In this document: piece by piece, positions 17,248 through 26,101 of the stretch | How positions within the stretch are numbered: the stretch's first letter is position 1 | Layout: each line of letters begins with the position of its first letter | Assembly: GCA_015063795.1 (NCBI GenBank) | Contig: SVTL01000015.1 | Span: forward strand, 1-53,125 | Length of the DNA stretch: 53,125 nucleotides | Source: Oscillospiraceae bacterium | Lineage (GTDB): Bacteria; Bacillota; Clostridia; Oscillospirales; CAG-272 | Direction: 5' to 3' | Notes under the pieces: generated by a model | Told to the model about the DNA's origin: nothing | Seen by the model: only the letters and a program-made list of their open reading frames with translations | Database searches by the model: none | Program-made: the position numbers and the translations under genes

Positions 17248-18141
17248 ATGCCAACAACCAAATCGATCATCAAACGTGCCATCACCGAGGATGGCAGCGC
17301 CAGAATCTTTTTCATCGACAGCACCGCCATTGTCAAAAGAGCGTGCGAGATCCATCACACCTCCAAAACCATGACCGCCGTTCTGGGACGGGCCCTCTCG
17401 GCTGCTTCCCTGATGGGTACCCTGCTCAAGGATAAGGACAATTCTCTCACTCTGCAGTTTCGCGGAGACGGACCGGCCGGTATGGTGGTCTGCGTCAGCG
17501 ATTATGCGGGCAATGTCCGCGGCTATGCCGAGCATCCCGACGTTGAGCTTCCGCCCAATGCCATCGGCAAGCTGGATGTCAGCGGCGCGATCGGACGCGG
17601 CACGATGTATGTCATCAAGGATATGGGCATGCAGGAGCCGTATGTGGGCGTTTGCCCTCTGGTGTCGGGCGAAATCGCGGAGGATGTGACGCAGTACTTT
17701 GCCACCAGCGAACAGACGCCCTCGGTCTGCGCTCTCGGTGTCCGCGTGGATACAAGCAACGTCTGCTTTGCCGCCGGCGGCTTTCTGCTGCAGCTGATGC
17801 CGGGCGCCGACGAGAAGGTGATCGACCGTCTGGAGGCCAACATCAATCTTATGGGCTCGGTTTCCAAACGGATCGCCGACGGTGCCACGGGCGAGGAGAT
17901 CATCGCCGCCGTTTTCGACGGCATTGCCTACACCATGTTTGACGAATTCGATGCGGAATACAAATGCACCTGCGCCCGCGAGAAGTACAAGATCGCCCTG
18001 GTCGGCCTCAACAATGCGGATATGGCGGAGCTGGATGCAGCTGATGAGCCCATCGAGACCAACTGCCGCTTCTGCGGAACGCAGTATGTCTTTTCGCTGG
18101 ATGAGATCCATCAAGCACGCAAAGAAGCCGGACGGGAATAA
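17248..18141 (+). CDS. hslO: Redox-regulated chaperone Hsp33
   Basis: C-terminal Zn centre CTCAREK...CRFCG (CxC...CxxC). Full-length Hsp33 architecture. SD acGGAGaaac. Confidence 0.9.
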   Translation: MPTTKSIIKRAITEDGSARIFFIDSTAIVKRACEIHHTSKTMTAVLGRALSAASLMGTLLKDKDNSLTLQFRGDGPAGMVVCVSDYAGNVRGYAEHPDVELPPNAIGKLDVSGAIGRGTMYVIKDMGMQEPYVGVCPLVSGEIAEDVTQYFATSEQTPSVCALGVRVDTSNVCFAAGGFLLQLMPGADEKVIDRLEANINLMGSVSKRIADGATGEEIIAAVFDGIAYTMFDEFDAEYKCTCAREKYKIALVGLNNADMAELDAADEPIETNCRFCGTQYVFSLDEIHQARKEAGRE

Positions 18142-18148
18142 AAAACGC

Positions 18149-18182
18149 AAAGCGTCTTCCGAACAGGGGGACGCTTTTTTGT
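18149..18182 (+). terminator. Rho-independent terminator after hslO
   Basis: Hairpin agcgtc...gacgct followed by TTTTTT. Confidence 0.7.
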
Positions 18183-18264
18183 ATCCTGCCCCCCCTTTTT
18201 GTATCAAAAAATGCTTTTCAACATACGATAACAGAAAGACAACAAGCAAACGGAGGCATGGGAA

Positions 18265-19452
18265 ATGGCAGGGATCCATCGGTTTTACAGAGAATCGGCA
18301 ACCCTTTCACCGTTCGGGCAGGTGGAAGAGGCAATCGCAAGATACACAAGCGCTCATCCGTCTCAAAAGCTCTTCCGCATGGGCATCGGCGAGCTCTCCC
18401 AGCCGATCTGCCCAGCGGCAGTCAACGCCATGAAGCAGGCGGCGATCGAGCTGTCAAAGGCCGAGACCTTCCGCGGTTACCAGCCCGAATGCGGAGCCGG
18501 CTTTCTGCGACGTGCCATCGCAAGCCATTACCAAGCGCGAAGCATCCCGCTTTCTTCAAACGAGGTGTTCGTCACAAGCGGTGCCACCGAGGGGCTCAGC
18601 GGACTGTCCGATCTGTTTGCCGCGGACTGCCGTGTTCAGATCGTTGAGCCCACCTATCCTGCTTATGCGCTCCTTAACCGCTTGCAGGGGCGTGAGATCT
18701 TCCGCATGGCCTGTCTTCCCGACGGGCGCCTGCCTCTGCCCGATCGCTCTTGTCGCGCCGATCTGATCTTTCTCTGCTCGCCCAACAACCCCACCGGCGC
18801 CGCTGCCGATCACACAACGCTCAAAGCGTGGGTGGACTATGCCAACGAGCAGGAGGCGGTCATTCTCTTTGACGCCGCCTATGAAGCCTTTGTCACCGAT
18901 CCCACCCTGCCCCGCAGCATTCTGGAGATCGAGGGTGCGCGAAGCTGTGCGATCGAGATCGGTTCGTTATCCAAGACCGCCTCCTTCACCGGTGTGAGGC
19001 TGGGGTATGTTCTCATCCCCCATCAGCTCAAACGGGACGGCATCGCGCTGGCCGATCGCTTCCGTGAGCATTGCGCCATTCGCACCAACGGCGTTTCCTA
19101 CATCGTCCAGCGAGGGGGCGAGGCTGTGTTTACCCCCGACGGGCAGGCGCAGATCCGAAGGGCGCTGGACATCTACCGCCGCAATGCCTCCCTCTGGAAG
19201 CAAACGCTCTCTTCCCTGTCCCTCCCATACGGCGGCGGTACGCATCTGCCCTTTCTCTTTTTCCGCTGTCCGAACGGCATGAGCGGATGGGAGCTGTTCG
19301 ACCGCCTGTTAAGCGAAAAGCAGGTGGTCGGGATGCCGGGCGAGGTGTTCGGACCGTTCGGCAAAGGCTGCTTCCGTCTCTCTGCCCTCTCTTCGCCCGC
19401 CGATACTGCCGAGGCGGCGCAACGCTTTTTTGAGGCGATAAACAAGCTTTGA
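18265..19452 (+). CDS. Class-I/II PLP aminotransferase, LL-diaminopimelate aminotransferase (DapL)-like
   Basis: SLSKTASFTGVRLGY contains the PLP-binding lysine. The N-terminal region resembles DapL. SD aCGGAGGc. Confidence 0.75.
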   Translation: MAGIHRFYRESATLSPFGQVEEAIARYTSAHPSQKLFRMGIGELSQPICPAAVNAMKQAAIELSKAETFRGYQPECGAGFLRRAIASHYQARSIPLSSNEVFVTSGATEGLSGLSDLFAADCRVQIVEPTYPAYALLNRLQGREIFRMACLPDGRLPLPDRSCRADLIFLCSPNNPTGAAADHTTLKAWVDYANEQEAVILFDAAYEAFVTDPTLPRSILEIEGARSCAIEIGSLSKTASFTGVRLGYVLIPHQLKRDGIALADRFREHCAIRTNGVSYIVQRGGEAVFTPDGQAQIRRALDIYRRNASLWKQTLSSLSLPYGGGTHLPFLFFRCPNGMSGWELFDRLLSEKQVVGMPGEVFGPFGKGCFRLSALSSPADTAEAAQRFFEAINKL

Positions 19453-19484
19453 AACCGTTTTTTATAAAAATATGCGAAAATCTC

Positions 19485-19513
19485 TTGACAAAACCGCGAA
19501 AATGTGATATCTT
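19485..19513 (+). promoter_or_regulatory. Promoter TTGACA-17-TATCTT (TG-extended) for the trpB leader
   Basis: Consensus -35 box. The -10 box reads tgaTATCTT. Confidence 0.55.
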
Positions 19514-19529
19514 GATAAAAAGTGAATAC

Positions 19530-19880
19530 AAACCGTTGAAGCGGAGATAACGTCAGTGATGCCTTCACAGAGAGCCTGCGGCGCTGGGATGCAGGTAGGA
19601 AACAAGCTGGCAAATGGACCGCGGAGGGTGCAGTCAAAGGCGAACGGATCGGATTCGGTCTTGCCGCTGAGTATTCTGCAACGTGTCGGCGCGCGTCAGT
19701 CGTCGGGGATATGTCGGTATCCTGAAAAGCGCATCGTAATTTCAAAATTGCGATGAATTCAAGGTGGCACCGCGGATAAAATCGCTTTATTCGTCCTTGA
19801 CAGAGAACCTTTTTCTGTCGGGGGCGTTTTGTTTTCCCCGCCGGCAATCCCAAAAGAAAGGCGGAAACCATTATGTTTCT
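19530..19880 (+). ncRNA. T-box leader (probable Trp specifier) upstream of trpB
   Basis: Canonical T-box sequence AAGGTGGCACCGCGG at 19761-19775. Upstream AGAGA-like box and a GCUGGGA loop (UGG). Downstream GC-rich hairpin followed by a U-tract before the RBS. Exact stem boundaries are not resolved. Confidence 0.6.
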
Positions 19881-19965
19881 TCTCACCAAGCGATGGCGGC
19901 GCTGCTCTGCCCTTTAACAAACACACCAACCTGAAAACGAATGCAAAAAACGGAGGAATGTTCCC

Positions 19966-21183
19966 ATGGAATTCAACGGAATCAATTTTGACACATATCT
20001 GAAAAACTATCCCGATCAAAACGGCTACTTCGGTAAATACGGCGGATGCTACATCTCCGAGGACCTGAAGGCAGCCATGGCCGAGATCACCGAGGCTTAT
20101 TTCACCATCTGCAAATCCAGCAAATTCATCAGCGAGCTGCGCCGCATCCGCAAGGAGTTTCAGGGCAGACCCACGCCCATCTCCTATCTGGAGCGTCTGT
20201 CGGGCAAGCTCGGCAACGTTCAGCTCTACGTCAAGCGCGAGGATCTGAACCACACCGGAGCGCACAAGCTCAACCACTGCATGGGCGAGGCTCTGCTGGC
20301 CAAATACATGGGCAAAAAGAAGGTCATCGCCGAGACGGGTGCCGGTCAGCACGGCGTTGCTCTTGCCACCGCCGCCGCTTACTTCGGACTTGAGTGCGAC
20401 ATCTACATGGGCTCGGTGGACATCAAAAAGCAGGCTCCCAATGTTGCCAGAATGAAGATCCTCGGTGCAAATGTGGTGGAGGTCACACACGGTCTGGCCA
20501 CGCTGAAGGAGGCGGTGGACGCTGCTTTCGAGGCCTATGCCAAGGACTACAAAAACTGCATCTACTGCATCGGCTCGGTGGTCGGCCCCCATCCCTTCCC
20601 CATGATGGTCCGCGACTTCCAGAGCGTGGTGGGCATTGAAGCCCGCGAGCAGTTCACCTCGATGACCGGCGAATTGCCCGATGCCATCGTCGCCTGCGTG
20701 GGCGGCGGCTCCAATGCGGCCGGCTTCTTCTCGGGCTTCCTCAACGATCCTGTAGACATCTACGGCGTTGAGCCTCTCGGACGCGGTCCGAAGCCGGGCG
20801 ATCACGCCGCCAGCCTGCAGTACGGCACCGAGGGCGTCATGCACGGCTTCAACAGCATCATGCTCAAGGACGAAAACGGCGATCCCGCCCCCGTTTATTC
20901 GGTGGCCAGCGGTCTCGATTACCCCTCCTCCGGTCCCGAGCATGCCTTCCTGCATGAGCTGGGGCGCGTCAAGTATGACGTGGTAGACGACGAGGAGACC
21001 GTCGATGCCTTCTTTGAGCTCTCCCGTATGGAGGGCATCATTCCCGCCATCGAAAGCTCCCACGCCGTTGCTTATGCCATGAAGCTGGCCAAGAAGATGG
21101 GCAAGGGCTCCATCCTCATCAACCTCTCCGGCCGCGGCGACAAGGATATGGATTATATCATCGAAAAATACGGCATCCGCTAA
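19966..21183 (+). CDS. trpB: Tryptophan synthase beta chain, TrpB2-type (stand-alone)
   Basis: [12 protein letters not shown]-lysine motif. 405 aa. N-terminal region typical of TrpB2. No trpA in the window. Confidence 0.9.
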   Translation: MEFNGINFDTYLKNYPDQNGYFGKYGGCYISEDLKAAMAEITEAYFTICKSSKFISELRRIRKEFQGRPTPISYLERLSGKLGNVQLYVKREDLNHTGAHKLNHCMGEALLAKYMGKKKVIAETGAGQHGVALATAAAYFGLECDIYMGSVDIKKQAPNVARMKILGANVVEVTHGLATLKEAVDAAFEAYAKDYKNCIYCIGSVVGPHPFPMMVRDFQSVVGIEAREQFTSMTGELPDAIVACVGGGSNAAGFFSGFLNDPVDIYGVEPLGRGPKPGDHAASLQYGTEGVMHGFNSIMLKDENGDPAPVYSVASGLDYPSSGPEHAFLHELGRVKYDVVDDEETVDAFFELSRMEGIIPAIESSHAVAYAMKLAKKMGKGSILINLSGRGDKDMDYIIEKYGIR

Positions 21184-21201
21184 CCCAAAAAAGCCATAAA
21201 A

Positions 21202-21242
21202 ACAGCGTTGTGTTTTCCTGCACAGCGCTGTTTCTTTTTTTA
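21202..21242 (+). terminator. Rho-independent terminator after trpB
   Basis: Hairpin acagcgttgtg...cacagcgctgt followed by a T-run. Confidence 0.7.
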
Positions 21243-21325
21243 TCCAAAAGCCGCTCTTCGTCCGCTTTACAAAAGGCGGCGGATGTGGTATACTGTTTCT
21301 ATCCAAACAAAAAGGGGGAAGACGC

Positions 21326-22225
21326 ATGGCCGCACACCGCAAAGCCTATGTTGAAATCACCAACCGATGCAACCTGAGCTGTGCCTTCTGCCCGGGCACC
21401 GACCGAGCGGCAGGCTGTCTTGACGAAACGCAGTTCACCTTTCTTGTCCGCCGTCTGACGCCCTTTGCCGAATATTTGTATTATCACCTGATGGGTGAGC
21501 CCACCGCCCATCCGCTTCTCCCCCGTTTTCTCGAAATCGCGGCCGGTATGGGAATGAAATCGGTCATCACCACCAACGGAACGCTTCTTCCCTCCCGCGG
21601 CGATGCCATCCTGCAGGCAAAGCCCTACAAAGTGAGCATCTCTCTCCATGCCTTTGAGGCCAACGAGACCGATCTTTCCTTTGAATCCTATCTTGACGGC
21701 TGCTTCTTTTTTGCCAAAAAAGCATCGGAAAAAGGCGTGATCACCGCTCTGCGGCTCTGGAATCTGGACGGGCGCGCCGAGGGGGCTCTGCACGAGAAAA
21801 ACGAGCTGATCTTGGACAAAATGAAAGCATATTTTCCAAGCGAGTGGCAGAAGATCCGCAGCGGACAAAGGCTGTGCGAGCGCGTTTTTCTCGAATGGGG
21901 CGAAAAATTCGACTGGCCGGACCTGCAGAGTGAGATCCGCTCGGAAAGCGGCTTTTGCTACGCTCTCCGCGACCAGATCGGCGTTTTGTGCGATGGGACG
22001 GTGGTTCCCTGCTGCCTCGACCGCAACGGCGATCTGGCGCTGGGCAACCTGTTCGATCAGCCGCTGGAGGAGATCCTGTCCTCAGCCCGTGCCAAAGCGA
22101 TCCATGACGGCTTCACCGCCCATCGATGCGCCGAAAATCTCTGCCAACGCTGTATGCGGGCGGGCTATTACCGCAAACAGCCTCAATCACCTGAACAGCC
22201 CGAATCATGCAAACAGCCCGAATAA
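21326..22225 (+). CDS. Radical SAM protein with a C-terminal SPASM-type Cys-rich domain (299 aa)
   Basis: CNLSCAFC matches the Cx3Cx2C radical-SAM core. HLMGEP and ITTNGTLL motifs are present. The C-terminus has 7 further Cys (CCLDRNGDLALGN...CAENLCQRC). No precursor peptide gene is nearby. Confidence 0.8.
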   Translation: MAAHRKAYVEITNRCNLSCAFCPGTDRAAGCLDETQFTFLVRRLTPFAEYLYYHLMGEPTAHPLLPRFLEIAAGMGMKSVITTNGTLLPSRGDAILQAKPYKVSISLHAFEANETDLSFESYLDGCFFFAKKASEKGVITALRLWNLDGRAEGALHEKNELILDKMKAYFPSEWQKIRSGQRLCERVFLEWGEKFDWPDLQSEIRSESGFCYALRDQIGVLCDGTVVPCCLDRNGDLALGNLFDQPLEEILSSARAKAIHDGFTAHRCAENLCQRCMRAGYYRKQPQSPEQPESCKQPE

Positions 22226-22234
22226 GGAGATATC

Positions 22235-23290
22235 ATGCAAGAACCATACATCCATCCGCTTCAAGCCATCGTGCCGCCGCTGATCGAATGGTACCAAAAA
22301 AACCGCATCGAGTGGCCCTTCCGAAAAGATCCCACGCCCTACCACGTCTGGCTGTCGGAGATCATGCTGCAGCAGACTCGTATCGAGGCGGCACTCCCTT
22401 ACTACGAACGCTTTCTCACCCAGCTTCCCACCGTAGAGGCGCTGGCAGCCGTGGAGGACGACAAGCTGATGAAGCTCTGGCAGGGGCTTGGCTACTACAG
22501 CCGCGCACGCAATCTGAAAAAAGCGGCGATTCAGATCTGCGAGCAATACGGCGGCGTTTTGCCCAAAGACGTAACGCTTCTCAAAAAGCTCCCCGGCATC
22601 GGCGACTACACGGCAGGCGCCATTTCTTCCATTGCCTACGGATGCCCCGAGCCCGCCGTTGACGGCAACGTCCTGCGCGTGATCATGCGCCTCACCGCCT
22701 GCTCCGATGACATCATGCTTCCCGCCGTCCGCACCCGCGTGGCCGACACCCTGCGCTCCTTTTACCCCAGCGGCAAGGACGCCTCCCTTTTCACCGAGGG
22801 GCTGATGGAGCTGGGCGAGGTGGTCTGCATCCCCAACGGCGAGGCGCGCTGTTCTCTCTGCCCCATCCGCGGGCATTGCGAGGCCTTCCGACGCGGCGAG
22901 ACCGACCGCTATCCGGTGCGAAGCTCGAAAAAGGAGCGTCGGATCGAGAAAAAAACGATCCTGCTGCTCAAAAACAGCGACCGCTATGCCATCATCCGCC
23001 GTCCGGAAAAAGGACTGCTGGCCGGGCTTTGGGAATTTCCCTCGCTCGACGGGCATCTGACCGCAGACGATATCGGCGCATGGTGCAAAGAAAAAGGGCT
23101 TGCGCCGCAAAATGCGATCCCCTGCGGCAAGGCCAAGCACATCTTTTCCCATGTGGAGTGGCACATGATCGGCTATCAGATCGACTGTGCAAGCGAAAAC
23201 GCCGATTATGTGTGGGCGGACACCGAAATCATTCGGAGCGAATATGCCCTGCCCACCGCCTTCCGCTTTTACGTAGCTCTTTTGGATTGA
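22235..23290 (+). CDS. mutY: A/G-specific adenine DNA glycosylase
   Basis: HhH-GPD domain. [4Fe-4S] loop CIPNGEARCSLCPIRGHC. C-terminal NUDIX-like domain. Starts 9 nt after the radical-SAM stop with SD AAGGAG. Confidence 0.9.
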   Translation: MQEPYIHPLQAIVPPLIEWYQKNRIEWPFRKDPTPYHVWLSEIMLQQTRIEAALPYYERFLTQLPTVEALAAVEDDKLMKLWQGLGYYSRARNLKKAAIQICEQYGGVLPKDVTLLKKLPGIGDYTAGAISSIAYGCPEPAVDGNVLRVIMRLTACSDDIMLPAVRTRVADTLRSFYPSGKDASLFTEGLMELGEVVCIPNGEARCSLCPIRGHCEAFRRGETDRYPVRSSKKERRIEKKTILLLKNSDRYAIIRRPEKGLLAGLWEFPSLDGHLTADDIGAWCKEKGLAPQNAIPCGKAKHIFSHVEWHMIGYQIDCASENADYVWADTEIIRSEYALPTAFRFYVALLD

Positions 23291-23304
23291 TCTTTCTTCA
23301 TCAA

Positions 23305-23360
23305 AAAACAACAGCTCCCGCGGCATCTTGAACTGCCAAACGGGGGCTGTTTTGTTTGTT
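23305..23360. terminator. Bidirectional terminator shared by mutY (+) and the ECF-S gene (-)
   Basis: AAAAAA, then hairpin acagctcccg...cgggggctgt, then TTTTGTTTGTT. Confidence 0.6.
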
Positions 23361-23377
23361 CTTCTATGGTTGTTTTT

Positions 23378-23884
23378 TTACCGCTTATCGGAAAAGAAAC
23401 GGTCGGCTTTCAGACGGCTCAGCATCGTGAACAGCAGCATGGCCAGCGTCAGACCGACCGCACCCTGCAGAGCGTCACCCGGCAGGCTCAGCGCCGCACC
23501 CCAGCCGTTTCCGAGGAGAAGAGCGGAAAAGCCGAAATAGCCAAGCACCATCAGCGTCTCTGCCAGAAGTCCCGACAGCAGGCGGATACCGCTCTTTCCT
23601 TTTCCTCCGATCCAAGAAGCGATCAGCGCCATCGTCCCCTTGATGAGGAAGGTGGCCGGCACATACATCACGTATCCGCCGAGCAGGTCCGCCAGGCAGG
23701 AGCCGATCCCCGCCGCCAGAAAGCCATACAGCGGCCCCAGCAGCCATCCGCAGAGCAGGACAAAGCCGTCTCCGAAATTGATGTATCCATTGAGCCCGTT
23801 GGGGATGCTGATGACCGCCGTTGCCAAAAAGACGACTGCCGCCATCATCGCCGCACAGACTGTTTTCCGCACGCTGTTTTTCAT
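23378..23884 (-). CDS. ECF-transporter substrate-specific (S) component membrane protein (168 aa)
   Basis: Six-TM pattern (GDGFVLLCGWLLGPLYGFLAAGIGSCLADLLGG) typical of ECF S-components. Start MKNSV with SD GAGGTG. Confidence 0.65.
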   Translation of the reverse strand: MKNSVRKTVCAAMMAAVVFLATAVISIPNGLNGYINFGDGFVLLCGWLLGPLYGFLAAGIGSCLADLLGGYVMYVPATFLIKGTMALIASWIGGKGKSGIRLLSGLLAETLMVLGYFGFSALLLGNGWGAALSLPGDALQGAVGLTLAMLLFTMLSRLKADRFFSDKR

Positions 23885-23993
23885 AAAAAACACCTCATTC
23901 GCAAAAAATTGCACTTGCTTTTCGGATGAAAACAGTATATACTATATCTGATCTTATGAAAATATCCAAAACAGGAGAAAAAGATAATACCAG

Positions 23994-25085
23994 ATGAAGA
24001 AAACGCAAGAGAATGAAAAACATCTCCCCGCCTATGTGGCTCTTTACCAAAAGCTGCGCGAGGAGATCGTGCGCGGTGTATATACTCACGGAAGCAAGCT
24101 TCCCTCCAAGCGCGTGACCGCCGCCGAGGAGGGGGTGAGCGTTATCACCGTTGAGCATGCCTATGCGCTTCTGGCCGATGAGGGATATGTGGAAGCCAGA
24201 GAGCGGAGCGGTTATTTTGTAACCTTTCGGGAGGGGGACGGCTTTTTGTCCTCGGCCATGCGGACTGCCCCTGCTCATCCTCAGATCAAAAAAGCACTGC
24301 CCGCCTCCGAGGAAGCCTGCTCCTTTCCCTTGCTGGCACGGACCATGCGGCGTGTGCTCTCCGTGTACGGCGAGGAGCTTCTGGAAAAATCACCGGGAAG
24401 AGGCTGTCTTTTTCTTCGTCGGGAGCTGGCGCGCTATCTCTCACGAAGCCGCGGCATCGACACCCATCCCGACGGCATCGTCATCGGCTCGGGCTCGGAG
24501 TATCTGTACGGCCTTGTGATCCGTCTTCTGGGGCGGCAGAGAGGATACGCCATCGAATCGCCCTCCTACCGCATGATCGAGCAGGTCTACCGCTCCTTTG
24601 AGGTGGTCCCCGAAAAGCTCCCGCTGGGACACGACGGCATCGAAAGTGACGCTCTTTGGCAGACCAACGCCGCCGTTCTTCATCTCACGCCCTACCGCTC
24701 CTTTCCCAGCGGCGTGAGCGCATCGGCCTCCAAGCGTCACGAGTACCTGCGCTGGGCAGACCGCGACGGGCGCTATCTGGTGGAGGACGACTTTGAATCG
24801 GAGTTTTCGGTCTCGCGCAAGCACGAGGAAACGCTGTTTTCCCATACAAGGCGGGAAAATGTCATTTACCTGAACACCTTTTCCAAAACCATCTCCCCCT
24901 CCATGCGCGTCGGGTACATGGTCCTGCCCCCCTCGCTGGCCGAACGGTTTGAGCAGGAGCTGGGCTTCTATTCCTGCACCGTTCCCACCTTTGAGCAGTA
25001 TGTATTGGGCGAGTTGATCGCCGCAGGGGATTTTGAACGGCACATCAACCGTGTCCGCCGTCAGAAGCGCCGCGCGGCAAAATGA
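23994..25085 (+). CDS. MocR/GabR-family (GntR-HTH plus aminotransferase-like) regulator, apparently C-terminally truncated (363 aa)
   Basis: N-terminal GntR HTH, then an AAT-fold domain with the PLP-lysine motif FSKTISPSMRVGY. It ends about 100 aa earlier than typical MocR proteins, exactly where the GC content drops. Confidence 0.8.
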   Translation: MKKTQENEKHLPAYVALYQKLREEIVRGVYTHGSKLPSKRVTAAEEGVSVITVEHAYALLADEGYVEARERSGYFVTFREGDGFLSSAMRTAPAHPQIKKALPASEEACSFPLLARTMRRVLSVYGEELLEKSPGRGCLFLRRELARYLSRSRGIDTHPDGIVIGSGSEYLYGLVIRLLGRQRGYAIESPSYRMIEQVYRSFEVVPEKLPLGHDGIESDALWQTNAAVLHLTPYRSFPSGVSASASKRHEYLRWADRDGRYLVEDDFESEFSVSRKHEETLFSHTRRENVIYLNTFSKTISPSMRVGYMVLPPSLAERFEQELGFYSCTVPTFEQYVLGELIAAGDFERHINRVRRQKRRAAK

Positions 25086-25177
25086 AGCGGTGCGCGCGGA
25101 TCAAAAGGACGTTTTGAATGAAACAGGTCTTTCCTATTCTCAGGAAGAACAGCATCCACGGACACAAATACCAAAAA

Positions 25178-26101
25178 TCAATCCATATTACAGACCAAGC
25201 TGTGCTCCACTTCCGATGTATATTTTCTTCCTAAAATATAGTTGATGGATTCCTCCGCTATTTTGTCTGTTGAATAGTCAACGCTTAACACCTTTACGAT
25301 GACATTCTTCAGCACAGAAAGGTTGTCAAATCCCGCGATCTGCACATTTTCGGGATACCCCAAATGCTTCAAAGCTTGAAGCGTATAGTAATCGGTCGCG
25401 CAAATAATCGCCCCGTCATTTGAAAGATCTTCAACATTTGTAACAATGCGATGGCTTTTCCCCAGTGTTCTCATTGCTTGAACAAAGCCGTTCAGCCTCA
25501 TACGCTGTGCGTTGATTGCATGCAGCGGTTTGTTCAAAACGGGAGCAAAATACTGAACATCCCCGGACGGTATCTTCTCGGCAATCGTTTTCGACAAATC
25601 GTACATTGCTTTCTCATCGTCTATCCCAACAAACGGCAGATCAAACAGTCTGTTTCCAATCAAAACGATTGGCTTTTTTAACGAGGTCAGATAATTTTTG
25701 TATTCCTCGTTATCACTGCCCACCGAAAACAAAACGATGCCATCCACGCCGATATAATCAAAATAGTCCAATGCCTTTTTTTCGTTTTTTTCATCTTTTT
25801 CCGAAAACTGAAAGATGATAGAATATCCGAGATTTCTTGCCGCCTTGACCAAACTCATCGCAAGCTTTGAAAAATATTCATTGTAAAGATCAAAAAGAAC
25901 AACACCGATCAGCATCGAGTTCGCTTGATCACCCATTTGAACATTCGGACGGTAATCGTATTCTTTTGCAACTTCAAGAATTCGTGCTTGAGTTTCGGGA
26001 TTGATCCCTTTCCTGTTATGAAGCGCACGGTCCACCGTTCCCTGAGAGACACCGCAAATTCTTGCAAGCTGTGTTGTTGTTATTTTGGAAAAACGTTTCA
26101 T
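25178..26101 (-). CDS. LacI-family transcriptional regulator
   Basis: N-terminal HTH (TTTQLARICGVSQGTVDRALHN) plus a periplasmic-binding-protein-like sugar domain. Overlaps the GH116 stop by 4 nt, suggesting an operon. Confidence 0.85.
   Translation of the reverse strand: MKRFSKITTTQLARICGVSQGTVDRALHNRKGINPETQARILEVAKEYDYRPNVQMGDQANSMLIGVVLFDLYNEYFSKLAMSLVKAARNLGYSIIFQFSEKDEKNEKKALDYFDYIGVDGIVLFSVGSDNEEYKNYLTSLKKPIVLIGNRLFDLPFVGIDDEKAMYDLSKTIAEKIPSGDVQYFAPVLNKPLHAINAQRMRLNGFVQAMRTLGKSHRIVTNVEDLSNDGAIICATDYYTLQALKHLGYPENVQIAGFDNLSVLKNVIVKVLSVDYSTDKIAEESINYILGRKYTSEVEHSLVCNMD

Noticed and set aside
23885-23993. TPP, THF or other riboswitch in front of the ECF S-component gene
   Set aside because: The 109-bp region is too short and lacks the conserved TPP (CUGAGA...) or THF motifs. 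It was interpreted as divergent promoters with a palindrome.
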